Made by a program: the position numbers and the translations under genes. A stretch of 64,000 bases of DNA, from NCBI GenBank assembly GCA_963664325.2, contig CAXXDQ010000004.1:736001-800000 (forward strand), written 5' to 3'. Positions 48,938-58,295 of this stretch are shown one piece after another. The DNA is from Desulfomonilia bacterium (GTDB lineage Bacteria; Desulfobacterota; Desulfomonilia; UBA1062). The notes under the pieces were generated by a model that worked only from the letters and a program-made list of their open reading frames with translations, made no database searches and was not told the origin of the DNA. Within the stretch, counting starts at the first letter, position 1, and each line of letters starts with the position of its first letter.

Positions 48938-49846
48938 ATGGATATTGTAGAAAAGATAAACAAGCTCAAGCGCACCAAGAATGCGGTGATCCTTGCACAT
49001 AATTATCAGCTGCCCGAGGTGCAGGATATTGCCGACTTCGTCGGCGATTCGCTCGGGCTGAGCATTCAGGCCGCGGGCACCGACGCGAAAGTGATAGTGT
49101 TCTGCGGGGTCTGGTTCATGGCCGAAACCGCAAAGATTCTCTCTCCGCAAAAAACGGTGCTGATACCCGACAGGGATGCCGGCTGTCCCATGGCGGACAT
49201 GGTTACCGCCGAGGATGTAAAAAGGCTCAAAAAAGAGCACCCCGGGGCGAAGGTTCTCTGCTATGTCAACACGACTGCCGATGTGAAGGCCGAATGCGAC
49301 CTTTCATGCACCTCCGCAAATGCGCTGGCCATGGTAAACGGGGCGCTTAAAAATGATGATGAGGTCATATTCGTGCCCGACATGCACCTTGCCGATTATG
49401 TGGCACAGCAGGCTGGCAGGGAATTCATCATCTGGAAAGGGTATTGCCCATCGCATGTCAAGATCCTGCCGGAAGACATAATAAGGCTGAAGGCCGAGCA
49501 TAAAGAGGCCCTTGTCATGGCGCATCCGGAATGTCCGGGGGCTGTTCGCGAGCTTGCCGACAAGGTGCTTTCGACAGAGGCGATGTGCACTTTCGCAGCA
49601 GGCTCTAACAATAAGGTTTTCATTGTGGCGACCGAAACCGGCATATTGCATAAACTGAGAAAAGAAAACCCCGGCAAAGTCTTCATCCCGGCGAGTGAAA
49701 AGGCATTGTGCCCCAACATGAAAAGAATAACACTGGAAAAAGTACTGTGGTCACTGGAGGAAATGACATTCGAGGTCAGGATAGAACAGGAAACCATGTT
49801 CAAGGCAAGACAGTGCCTGAGAAGGATGCTGGAATACAGGGCGTAG
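48938..49846 (+). CDS. nadA: Quinolinate synthase
   Basis: ILAHNYQ, FCGVWFMAE, AGCPMA, CPSH, AHPEC, CPNMK. Confidence 0.95.
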   Translation: MDIVEKINKLKRTKNAVILAHNYQLPEVQDIADFVGDSLGLSIQAAGTDAKVIVFCGVWFMAETAKILSPQKTVLIPDRDAGCPMADMVTAEDVKRLKKEHPGAKVLCYVNTTADVKAECDLSCTSANALAMVNGALKNDDEVIFVPDMHLADYVAQQAGREFIIWKGYCPSHVKILPEDIIRLKAEHKEALVMAHPECPGAVRELADKVLSTEAMCTFAAGSNNKVFIVATETGILHKLRKENPGKVFIPASEKALCPNMKRITLEKVLWSLEEMTFEVRIEQETMFKARQCLRRMLEYRA

Positions 49847-49849
49847 ATC

Positions 49850-50617
49850 ATGGAAAATTTTGAAATAACACAGATAGAAAAGGGCAGGCTTATCCCTGCC
49901 CAAAAAACGGTATGCTCCGAGGTCCCGTTTACCATAGAAGTCAACGGCACTGAGATTGCTACAGTCCTCGCGAGCCCCACATACCTTGATGAACTGGCCG
50001 TTGGGTTTTTGTTCACCTCAGGGCTGATTCAAGACCGTTCGGATGTAAAATCCATTTCAGTCGATATGGAGAGGTTCAGGACGTCTGTTTCAATCGACGG
50101 AATTCCTGACGACTTCATTTTTAAGCGTATCTACACATCAGGCTGCGGCAAGGGTGTGATCTTTCACAACCCTCTGGATGTGCTTGGTAAGGCCCCGCTT
50201 GAAAACGGTTTTACGATACCGGCCTCAAAGCTGCTGGAGCTCATGAAGGAGTTTGCAAAGAACCCGCTTGCCCACGGTGAAACCGGCGGGGTCCATGGGG
50301 CGGCAATGGCATCAGTCCGGGAGATACTCATTGTGAGGGAGGATATTGGACGGCACAACGCAATCGACAAGGTCATAGGCGCTGCGTTGGCCGCCGGAAT
50401 ATGTATGTCCGATAAGGTCCTGCTGACAACCGGAAGGGTATCCTCGGAGATATTCTCCAAGGTGCTCAGGGCGAGAATCCCTGTTATAGCCGCACTCGGC
50501 AGCGCGACCGACCAGGCCGTCAAGCTAGCCAGAGTGACCAATATAACGCTTGTGAGCAAGCTTATGGGTCAGCGCGGCGACATATTGAGCGGGGAACAGA
50601 GAATAACGGACAACTGA
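49850..50617 (+). CDS. fdhD: Sulfurtransferase FdhD
   Basis: [41 protein letters not shown]. Confidence 0.9.
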   Translation: MENFEITQIEKGRLIPAQKTVCSEVPFTIEVNGTEIATVLASPTYLDELAVGFLFTSGLIQDRSDVKSISVDMERFRTSVSIDGIPDDFIFKRIYTSGCGKGVIFHNPLDVLGKAPLENGFTIPASKLLELMKEFAKNPLAHGETGGVHGAAMASVREILIVREDIGRHNAIDKVIGAALAAGICMSDKVLLTTGRVSSEIFSKVLRARIPVIAALGSATDQAVKLARVTNITLVSKLMGQRGDILSGEQRITDN

Positions 50618-50654
50618 ACGGGCAATGTCCCCACATGTTAATAAGGAGATTATA

Positions 50655-51941
50655 ATGAGTAAAATAGACGATAAACTCAAGATTGAAACCCTGCTGCTGC
50701 ACGGAGGCCAGGAGCCGGACCCGACAACAGGCTCGCGCGCCGTGCCGATTTATCAGACGACTTCATATCAGTTCAAGAACACGGATCATGCGGCAAACCT
50801 TTTCGGTCTCAAGGAATCCGGCAATATCTATACAAGGCTTATGAATCCGACCACCGATGTGCTCGAAAAGCGCATTGCGCTTATAGACGGCGGCATAGCC
50901 TCTCTTGCCGTTGCAAGCGGGCAATCCGCCATAACACTGGCCCTTCTGAACATTGCCCGCTCAGGCGATGAGATCGTATCTGCGGATAACCTTTACGGAG
51001 GGACATATAACCTTTTTCACAACACGTTTCCCAGGTTCGGGATAAAGGTCAGATTCATGAAATCGAACGACCTGGGCGCCATAAAGGCTGCGGTAACAGA
51101 TAAGACAAAGGCTGTTTATGCAGAATCGATCGGAAATCCCAAACTCGATGTCGCAGACCTTGAAGGCATAGCCGCCATCGCACATGCAGCAGGCATACCG
51201 TTTGTTCTGGACAATACTGTGAGCCCTTACCTACTCAGGCCTTTTGATTTCGGGGTCGATATAGCCGTTTATTCGGCGACCAAATTTATCGGCGGACACG
51301 GTACATCAATGGGCGGCATCATTGTCGATTCCGGAAAATTTGATTTTGGAAACGGCAAGTTCCCGCTGATTGCAGGCCCCGATGACAGCTATCACGGACT
51401 TGATTTTCACGCAGCGCTGGGGGCGCAGGCCTATATTGCAAAGGCCCGCGTCATTCTCCTCAGGGATCTGGGGCCGGCCCTGAGCCCGTTTAATGCCTTC
51501 CTTCTTCTGCAGGGGCTCGAAACGCTTCATCTGAGAATGGAAAGGCATTCTGCGAATGCCCTAAAGGCCGCCGAATTCCTGAACAAGCATCCCAAAGTCG
51601 GGTGGGTCAACTATCCCGGTCTTGAAGGGAGCAGCGAAAAAAGAAGGGCTGATAAATACCTGGGCAAGGGCGCCGGGGCTATTATAGGTTTTGGCATAAA
51701 AGGGGGAATCGACGCAGGCAGGGGGTTTATCAACTCGCTTGAACTGACAAGCCACCTCGCTAACATAGGCGATGCAAAGACCCTGGCCATTCATCCCGCG
51801 ACGACAACGCATCAGCAGCTTTCTGCAAACGAACAGCTTGCAACAGGGGTGACGCCTGATTTCATAAGGCTCTCCATAGGCATAGAAAATATCGACGATA
51901 TAATTGCGGATTTTGATCAGGCCCTTGCAAAGGCACGGTAA
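50655..51941 (+). CDS. metY: O-acetylhomoserine/O-acetylserine sulfhydrylase
   Basis: [50 protein letters not shown]. Confidence 0.9.
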   Translation: MSKIDDKLKIETLLLHGGQEPDPTTGSRAVPIYQTTSYQFKNTDHAANLFGLKESGNIYTRLMNPTTDVLEKRIALIDGGIASLAVASGQSAITLALLNIARSGDEIVSADNLYGGTYNLFHNTFPRFGIKVRFMKSNDLGAIKAAVTDKTKAVYAESIGNPKLDVADLEGIAAIAHAAGIPFVLDNTVSPYLLRPFDFGVDIAVYSATKFIGGHGTSMGGIIVDSGKFDFGNGKFPLIAGPDDSYHGLDFHAALGAQAYIAKARVILLRDLGPALSPFNAFLLLQGLETLHLRMERHSANALKAAEFLNKHPKVGWVNYPGLEGSSEKRRADKYLGKGAGAIIGFGIKGGIDAGRGFINSLELTSHLANIGDAKTLAIHPATTTHQQLSANEQLATGVTPDFIRLSIGIENIDDIIADFDQALAKAR

Positions 51942-51950
51942 GATTCCCGT

Positions 51951-51976
51951 TGTCCTCCTTCGTAAAAAGGGGGACA
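51951..51976 (+). other. Intergenic stem-loop between metY and cysK
   Basis: TGTCCTCCTT...AAGGGGGACA inverted repeat. Confidence 0.4.
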
Positions 51977-51992
51977 GATAAAAGGAGATGAT

Positions 51993-52916
51993 ATGATTTA
52001 CAGCGACATAACAAAGACGGTAGGGAACACGCCCCTTGTACGTATCAACAGGATGGCGAAAGGTCTTGGCGCGAAGATCCTTGTGAAGGTGGAGTCATTC
52101 AACCCTCTTTCCAGTGTCAAGGACAGACTTGCCGTCGCCATGATTGACGATGCCGAGAAAAAAGGGCTCATCAAGCAGGGGACCGTAATCATCGAACCCA
52201 CGAGCGGCAATACAGGCATAGGGCTCGCTTTCGTATGTGCGGCCCGGGGCTACAGGCTGATACTCACCATGCCGGAAACCATGAGTATGGAGCGGAGGCA
52301 GCTGGTGGCTATACTGGGGGCCGAAATCGTGCTGACTGAAGGGGCCAAGGGGATGCCGGGCGCGGTGCAGAAGGCGGAAGAACTCTTGGCGGAAATCCCG
52401 GACAGCTTCATACCCCAGCAGTTCAAGAATCCGGCAAATCCTGAAATTCACAGGAAGACGACTGCCGTCGAGATAATATCCGACACAAAAGGCAAGGTTG
52501 ACTATTTTGTTGCGGGCATCGGAACCGGCGGAACCATTACCGGGGTGGGCGAAGTCCTTAAAGGTAAGCAGCCCCTTGTTAAAATAATCGGGGTCGAGCC
52601 CAAGGATTCGCCTGTTCTTTCAGGCGGCAAGCCCGGCCCTCATAAAATTCAGGGGATCGGCGCAGGTTTTGTGCCTGATGTGCTCAATATGGGCATAATC
52701 GATGAAATCATTACCGCCTCCCATGAGGATGCCGGAAAAACAGCAAGGGAACTTGCAAAAGAAGAGGGCATACTTGCAGGAATCTCAGGCGGCGCAGCGT
52801 TGTGGGCCGGCCTTCAGATTGCCGCAAGACCCGAGGCAAAAGGGAAAACCATTGTCGTCCTGCTGCCTGATACGGGCGAGCGCTATCTTTCGACCTGGCT
52901 GTTCCAGAATACGTGA
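51993..52916 (+). CDS. cysK: Cysteine synthase A
   Basis: [42 protein letters not shown]. Confidence 0.95.
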   Translation: MIYSDITKTVGNTPLVRINRMAKGLGAKILVKVESFNPLSSVKDRLAVAMIDDAEKKGLIKQGTVIIEPTSGNTGIGLAFVCAARGYRLILTMPETMSMERRQLVAILGAEIVLTEGAKGMPGAVQKAEELLAEIPDSFIPQQFKNPANPEIHRKTTAVEIISDTKGKVDYFVAGIGTGGTITGVGEVLKGKQPLVKIIGVEPKDSPVLSGGKPGPHKIQGIGAGFVPDVLNMGIIDEIITASHEDAGKTARELAKEEGILAGISGGAALWAGLQIAARPEAKGKTIVVLLPDTGERYLSTWLFQNT

Positions 52917-52953
52917 TGTTTAAACAGTACGTGAATATTTATCATAGGAGTCG

Positions 52954-53763
52954 GTGATGCCTGGATATGAGGTGATGGATGTATGGGAATCGGTTCAAAG
53001 CATAAGAAAAGCCTCGCCGGTTGTTCATAACATAACCAACTATGTTGTTATGAACAGCACGGCCAATGCGCTTCTTGCCATCGGGGCTTCGCCTGTAATG
53101 GCGCATGCAGTGGAAGAAATGGAAGAAATGGTCAATATCGCATCTGCCCTGGTTGTCAACATAGGCACGCTGAGCAGGGATTGGATAAAGGCCATGTTCA
53201 AGGCAGCGGAAAGGGCGAATGCCCGCGGCATTCCGGTTATCCTGGATCCTGTCGGTGCCGGGGCCACCGGTTTCAGGACAGAAACGGCCCGGGAATTTAT
53301 CAGGACCTTCAGGCCCTGTCTTATAAGGGGCAATGCCTCCGAGATCATGTCGGTTTTCGAGAACACCGGCAAAACAAAAGGTGTGGACAGCACGGAAGCC
53401 TCTCATGATGCCGTTTCAGCGGGTAGGGGGATCAATGAGACCTATGGCTCGGTTGTTTGCATAAGCGGGGAAACGGATTACATAATCGGTACCGGGCGTA
53501 TAATAAAAGTCAGAAACGGCCATCCGATGATGACAAGAGTGACCGGCCTCGGCTGTACGGCAACGGCTCTTTGCGGGGCTTTTGCCGCGGTAAATGAAGA
53601 TCGCACACAGGCTGCCGCGCATGCCATGGCGGTGATGGGCATTGCAGGCGAAATGGCGGCAGAGCGTGCATCAGGACCGGGAACATTGCAGGTCGGGTTA
53701 TATGATGCCCTCTATAATCTGTCTATTGACGGTATAAGTCAGCGCCTGAAAATTGAATACTGA
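52954..53763 (+). CDS. thiM: Hydroxyethylthiazole kinase
   Basis: PVVHNITNYV, ASPVMA, LDPVGAG, RGNASEI, VTGLGC. Confidence 0.93.
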   Translation: MMPGYEVMDVWESVQSIRKASPVVHNITNYVVMNSTANALLAIGASPVMAHAVEEMEEMVNIASALVVNIGTLSRDWIKAMFKAAERANARGIPVILDPVGAGATGFRTETAREFIRTFRPCLIRGNASEIMSVFENTGKTKGVDSTEASHDAVSAGRGINETYGSVVCISGETDYIIGTGRIIKVRNGHPMMTRVTGLGCTATALCGAFAAVNEDRTQAAAHAMAVMGIAGEMAAERASGPGTLQVGLYDALYNLSIDGISQRLKIEY

Positions 53764-54385
53764 CATGCAGGGATTATATCTTGTTACAGACCGTGGATTA
53801 TGCGGTGACAGGCCCCTCGAAGAGGTCGTATTTTCGGCCGTAAGGGGCGGGGTTTCCTGTGTACAGGTCAGAGAAAAGGATATGCCCTTGGACCTGTTTA
53901 CGGAACAGGCAAAAAGGATAAAGAAGCTTATAAAACCTTTCAACGTCCCTCTGATCATAAATGACAGTGTGGAGGTGGCCCTGGCCTCAGGCGCCGATGG
54001 CGTGCACATAGGGCAGTCAGATATGCCCTTTGCTGAAGTCAGGAAGCTCCTCGGAAAAAAGGCCGTTGTAGGCCTTTCCGTTGAGACATGGGAGGATGTG
54101 GAAAATGCCCAGGGTCTCGATGCAGACTATCTCGGGGTGAGCCCTGTCTTTGATACGCCCACCAAAACGGATACGAAAGGCGCCTGGGGACTTGCCGGGC
54201 TCTCCCGGATCAAGGCATATTCAAGGCATAAGCTTGTGGCAATAGGAGGGATAAATATTAGAAATGCCGCTGATGTGATCAGGGCGGGCGCCGATTCCAT
54301 TGCGGTCGTCTCGGCCATCTGCGCGGCTCCTGACCCTTATGAAGCGGCCTGCGAACTCAGCAGCCTTATAAGGAGTATAAGATGA
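53753..54385 (+). CDS. thiE: Thiamine-phosphate synthase
   Basis: LYLVTDR, QVREK, IIND, GVHIGQSD, TPTK, VAIGGI. Confidence 0.94.
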   Translation: MNTDMQGLYLVTDRGLCGDRPLEEVVFSAVRGGVSCVQVREKDMPLDLFTEQAKRIKKLIKPFNVPLIINDSVEVALASGADGVHIGQSDMPFAEVRKLLGKKAVVGLSVETWEDVENAQGLDADYLGVSPVFDTPTKTDTKGAWGLAGLSRIKAYSRHKLVAIGGINIRNAADVIRAGADSIAVVSAICAAPDPYEAACELSSLIRSIR

Positions 54386-54491
54386 CATCAAAATGTAAAG
54401 GCTGTACGGTAAAATGGTGCATTCCGGGAATGACCTTGTTTTAACGGGAATTGGCCCTACTATAAAAGTTATAAAGAAAAGGGAGGATCAA

Positions 54492-54881
54492 ATGAAAAAA
54501 ACGGTTCTGGCAATAATGATGATAATGCTGGCGGCTTCTGCCGCTTATGCAAAGGGTTACGAAGCGAGCAAACAGGCAGGTCCTTTCAAACTGAATATAA
54601 CACTGGAGAAGAATCCTCCGGCCACCGGGGATAACAACATCAGCATCATTGTATGGGACGGCGCGGGTAAGCCCCTAAAGGATGCAAAGGTGAATGTAGA
54701 TTATGGAATGCCCGCCATGCCCGGCATGCCGGCCATGAATTACAAAACGGCCCTTGCCGGAAAGGACGGTAAGTTCTCTGGCAAGCTCAATTTTTCAATG
54801 CCCGGGGCTTGGTCTGTTGAAGTGATGGTTGAATCCGCCGGCAAGAAAGGGAAAACCAAGCTTAACATAGATGTAAGATAA
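54492..54881 (+). CDS. YtkA/FixH-like periplasmic protein (Met-rich, candidate Cu chaperone)
   Basis: Signal peptide; YGMPAMPGMPAM; FSMPGAW; first gene of the Cus-type operon. Confidence 0.7.
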   Translation: MKKTVLAIMMIMLAASAAYAKGYEASKQAGPFKLNITLEKNPPATGDNNISIIVWDGAGKPLKDAKVNVDYGMPAMPGMPAMNYKTALAGKDGKFSGKLNFSMPGAWSVEVMVESAGKKGKTKLNIDVR

Positions 54882-54893
54882 GAGGGCCGTAAC

Positions 54894-56156
54894 ATGCGCA
54901 AGGCCGCCTTTATGACGCTGCTGGCCTTTTTGTCTGTTCTTGTAGCCCTGCCCCTTCAAGCCCGGGACGCCCGGCTTGAAGGGCTTATAGCAGATGCCCT
55001 TAAAAACAATCCGCAATTGATTGCAGCAACACAGAAATCGGATGCAGCCTTTAAAATAGTGGCAGTGAAAGAGTCTCTTCCTGATCCGATGCTTATGTTC
55101 GGGTATCAGAATGCGGGTTTTAACAAGATAACCTACGGCGAAATGAACGATTCCCAATTAATGTTTACGGCTTCTCAGATGTTCCTTTATCCGGGCAAGC
55201 GCAGGCTTGCCGGCGAGGCGGCCGATTATGAGGCCAGGGTGCTCAAGTCTTCCGCCGATTCCCTTGGAAGAAAGACGGAGCTTGCCGTGACCGAGCAGTA
55301 TTACGATATCATGTATGCATGCCGTGAGCAGTACGTCCTTTCATTGAAAAATGAGATCAACGTCAAACTGGAGCAGGCCACCCTTTCAATGTACGCCTCA
55401 AACATGGCATCTCAGGAAGATGTTATAATGGCCCAATCGGAAAAGTATATGATCCTCGAACGCCAGGAAATGGCGAAGCAGAAGGTGGAAGCGCTTAACG
55501 CAATGCTTAGCAGCGAGACGGGCACACAGACAAATCTCTCATTTGATATGAATGCCGAATATCAGGCCACACCTTTTCCCTATAGTCTCGATGATCTGAT
55601 AAAGAGGGCGGAAGAGGCCTCGCCCGATATCATGATGCAGAAAAACATGATCGAGGCGCAGACCCGGACACTTCAAATTGCGGAAAAAGATGCCTTGCCC
55701 GATGTCACACTGAACGCCTCATACATGAACAAGGGAGGAGGATTCGACGACATGTGGAGCCTTACAGCGAGCCTGCCCATCCCGGTCTTCTATGCAAACA
55801 AGCAGAAGAACCAGATTGAGGGCGCCGGTCTCGTCAGGGCTGCCGCTGAAAGGGAAATGGAAGGAGCAAGGCTGATGGCGGTTTCACTCATAAGGGATAA
55901 CTATTCCATGATAAGAACAGCGGACAGGCTTATGGAGATTTACAAAAAGGCCCTCATTCCAAAAACAAAGCAGGATATCGATTCTGTTCTGGCAAGGTTT
56001 GCATCCGGAAAATCGAACTCCATGCAGATGATTTCCAGGCTCAAGCAGCCGCTTGAGTTTGAACTTTCTTATTACCAGCAGTTCGCTAACCGGGAAAAGG
56101 CGATAGCCAGGATAAATTCAGTTACAGGCATACTCGATGCCGAAGGTGCAAGATGA
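54894..56156 (+). CDS. TolC-family outer membrane efflux protein (CusC-like)
   Basis: ALKNNPQL, LPDPML, LPDVTL, SLPIP repeats; operon context. Confidence 0.85.
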   Translation: MRKAAFMTLLAFLSVLVALPLQARDARLEGLIADALKNNPQLIAATQKSDAAFKIVAVKESLPDPMLMFGYQNAGFNKITYGEMNDSQLMFTASQMFLYPGKRRLAGEAADYEARVLKSSADSLGRKTELAVTEQYYDIMYACREQYVLSLKNEINVKLEQATLSMYASNMASQEDVIMAQSEKYMILERQEMAKQKVEALNAMLSSETGTQTNLSFDMNAEYQATPFPYSLDDLIKRAEEASPDIMMQKNMIEAQTRTLQIAEKDALPDVTLNASYMNKGGGFDDMWSLTASLPIPVFYANKQKNQIEGAGLVRAAAEREMEGARLMAVSLIRDNYSMIRTADRLMEIYKKALIPKTKQDIDSVLARFASGKSNSMQMISRLKQPLEFELSYYQQFANREKAIARINSVTGILDAEGAR

Positions 56157-57310
56157 ATAGAAATAGGATTGCCGCTATTGTCGTTTCTGTCCTGGTTATC
56201 ATTGTTGCTTCCGGTTTGTCCTTTTATTTTTTTGGCAGAAACAGGACGCAAACACAGGCACAGATGCCACAAACGGCCGCAGCACCGCTGAGAGAAAATG
56301 CCCCGTCAGTCGATGTCTCAGATGATGCGCAAAGGATGATCGGCGTCAGGACAGTACCGGTCACATATGCAGACATGCGTTCGGAATTAAGGTTTGCAGG
56401 CCGAGTTGAATATGACGAGCAGCGCATATCCACCATTAATGCAAAACTTGAAGGATGGATCGAAAGGCTTTACGTGGATTACGAGGGCAGGCCTGTGAAC
56501 AAGGGGGAGCCCCTCATTGATATATACAGCCCGGAGCTTTTAAGCGCTCAGAAGGAGCTTTTGAGCCTGAAGGCCTTTGCCTCAAGAAAGGATTCGACGG
56601 AACTCTCAAAGATGGTTGACAAGGATACAGAGAATCTTATTGCCGCATCCAGAAAACGCTTGAGCCTCTGGGATATAAGCGATGAGCAGATCGGAAGAAT
56701 CGAGCAGACAGGCAAACCCGTAAGGGCCCTAACCATAACAAGCCCGGTGTCCGGCATTGTCCTGAAGCGTTATGCTTCAAGGGGCATGCGGGTTATGCCC
56801 GGTGAGCCCCTTTTCGATGTGGCTGACCTGTCAAGGGTATGGGTTGTGGCCGAAGTTCCCGAAGCCGATATGCTGCAGATCAAGGGGGGTATGTCTGTTA
56901 AAATTATTTTTGAAGGCCTCCCGGGAAAATCCTTCAGTTCCAAAGTTGATTATATCTATCCGGTGATGAGCGGTTCCACCAGGACCGTGCGGATAAGGGG
57001 CACGCTGAACAATCCGGGCGGCTTATTAAAACCGCAGATGTATGCAACGATGACTTCCTCGGCAAGCCTTGGCAGGAGGCTGGCCGTGCCTGTTGACGCC
57101 GTAATCGATACCGGCCTGAGGCAGGTGGTCTATGTCGACAGGGGTGACGGGACATTCGAGCCCAGGGAGGTAAAGGCGGGAATCTCGGCAGGAGGCCTGA
57201 GGGAAATACTCTCAGGCGTCAAAGCCGGTGAAAAGGTTGCGGCAACAGCTACATTCCTCATCGATTCCGAGGCCCAGCTAAAGGGGGTCACCCTTCATGA
57301 CCGGAAGTAG
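56153..57310 (+). CDS. cusB: RND periplasmic adaptor (CusB-like)
   Basis: GWIERLYV, IYSPELLSAQKE, LKPQMY, FLIDSE. Confidence 0.85.
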   Translation: MNRNRIAAIVVSVLVIIVASGLSFYFFGRNRTQTQAQMPQTAAAPLRENAPSVDVSDDAQRMIGVRTVPVTYADMRSELRFAGRVEYDEQRISTINAKLEGWIERLYVDYEGRPVNKGEPLIDIYSPELLSAQKELLSLKAFASRKDSTELSKMVDKDTENLIAASRKRLSLWDISDEQIGRIEQTGKPVRALTITSPVSGIVLKRYASRGMRVMPGEPLFDVADLSRVWVVAEVPEADMLQIKGGMSVKIIFEGLPGKSFSSKVDYIYPVMSGSTRTVRIRGTLNNPGGLLKPQMYATMTSSASLGRRLAVPVDAVIDTGLRQVVYVDRGDGTFEPREVKAGISAGGLREILSGVKAGEKVAATATFLIDSEAQLKGVTLHDRK

Positions 57311-57326
57311 CCTGAAGCAGCGGCCG

Positions 57327-58202
57327 TTATGTTCTTTTCAGAGCGTTTCCTGTCTGTATAATGAATTCCTTGTCTGTCCCGCAGCAGCCGCCGATGAAAT
57401 TGGCGCCTGCCTCGACGAGAAGAGGGACATGGCGGGCGAAATCCTGTGCAGACGTGCTGTACACGGTCTGCCCGTCAACAATTTCGGGTGAGCCTGCATT
57501 GGGTTTCATCCAGAGAGGAAGGTCGGTGACCGAGCGCATGCGTTTGCAGATCGGAATAAAACCCTCGATACCCTGCCCGCAGTTTGCACCTATGCCGTCA
57601 ATCCCGACCCCGGTTAAGACTTCAACCGCCTGCTCGGGCGTGTTCCCTATCATGGTGCGGTCCTTGTTTTTACCCGCATCAAAGACCAGGCAGGCGATAA
57701 CCGGCAGGCCGGTCTTTTTTGCGGCAGCAGCGGCTATCCTGGCCTCATTCAAATCCATCATGGTCTCAACGACAATGGCGTCCGCACCGGCGGCGGAAAT
57801 GGCCTGCGCCTGTTCTTCAAAGGCCCCTTTCAAGTCATCTTCCGTAACATCCTTTGTTATGAGCAGTTTTCCGCTCGGTCCTATCGAGGCAAAGACATAC
57901 GCCTTTCCTCCGGCCGCCTTTTTCGATATCTCGACGCCCCGCTTGTTCAGTTCAACCGCTTGTTCGGCCATGCCGAATTTGCCCAGCACAAAGCGGTTGG
58001 CTCCGAACGTGTTTGTAAGGATTATGCGGCTGCCTGCATCGACGTACTCCCGGGCTATTTCCTCGACTTTATCGGGATCGGTAAGATTCCATGAATCCGG
58101 GGCAGCACCTGCTTTCAGGCCCCGTTTCAGCATCTGCGAACCCCATGACCCGTCTGTCAGAACCGGGCCGTCTTTGATCAGTCTGGCAATTAATTCATTC
58201 AT
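57327..58202 (-). CDS. Homocysteine S-methyltransferase family protein (stand-alone MetH Hcy-binding domain)
   Basis: LTDGSWGS, TNTFGAN, SIGPSG, ETM, GANC, KPNAG, IGGCCGT; GGAGGA RBS. Confidence 0.9.
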   Translation of the reverse strand: MNELIARLIKDGPVLTDGSWGSQMLKRGLKAGAAPDSWNLTDPDKVEEIAREYVDAGSRIILTNTFGANRFVLGKFGMAEQAVELNKRGVEISKKAAGGKAYVFASIGPSGKLLITKDVTEDDLKGAFEEQAQAISAAGADAIVVETMMDLNEARIAAAAAKKTGLPVIACLVFDAGKNKDRTMIGNTPEQAVEVLTGVGIDGIGANCGQGIEGFIPICKRMRSVTDLPLWMKPNAGSPEIVDGQTVYSTSAQDFARHVPLLVEAGANFIGGCCGTDKEFIIQTGNALKRT

Positions 58203-58295
58203 CAGATCCTCCAATCGGATAAATTATTATGGAAACCATATGAGAATAAAGACGTGTTCACGCATTAAGTCAATCTTTATTAAGGGAGAAAGACG

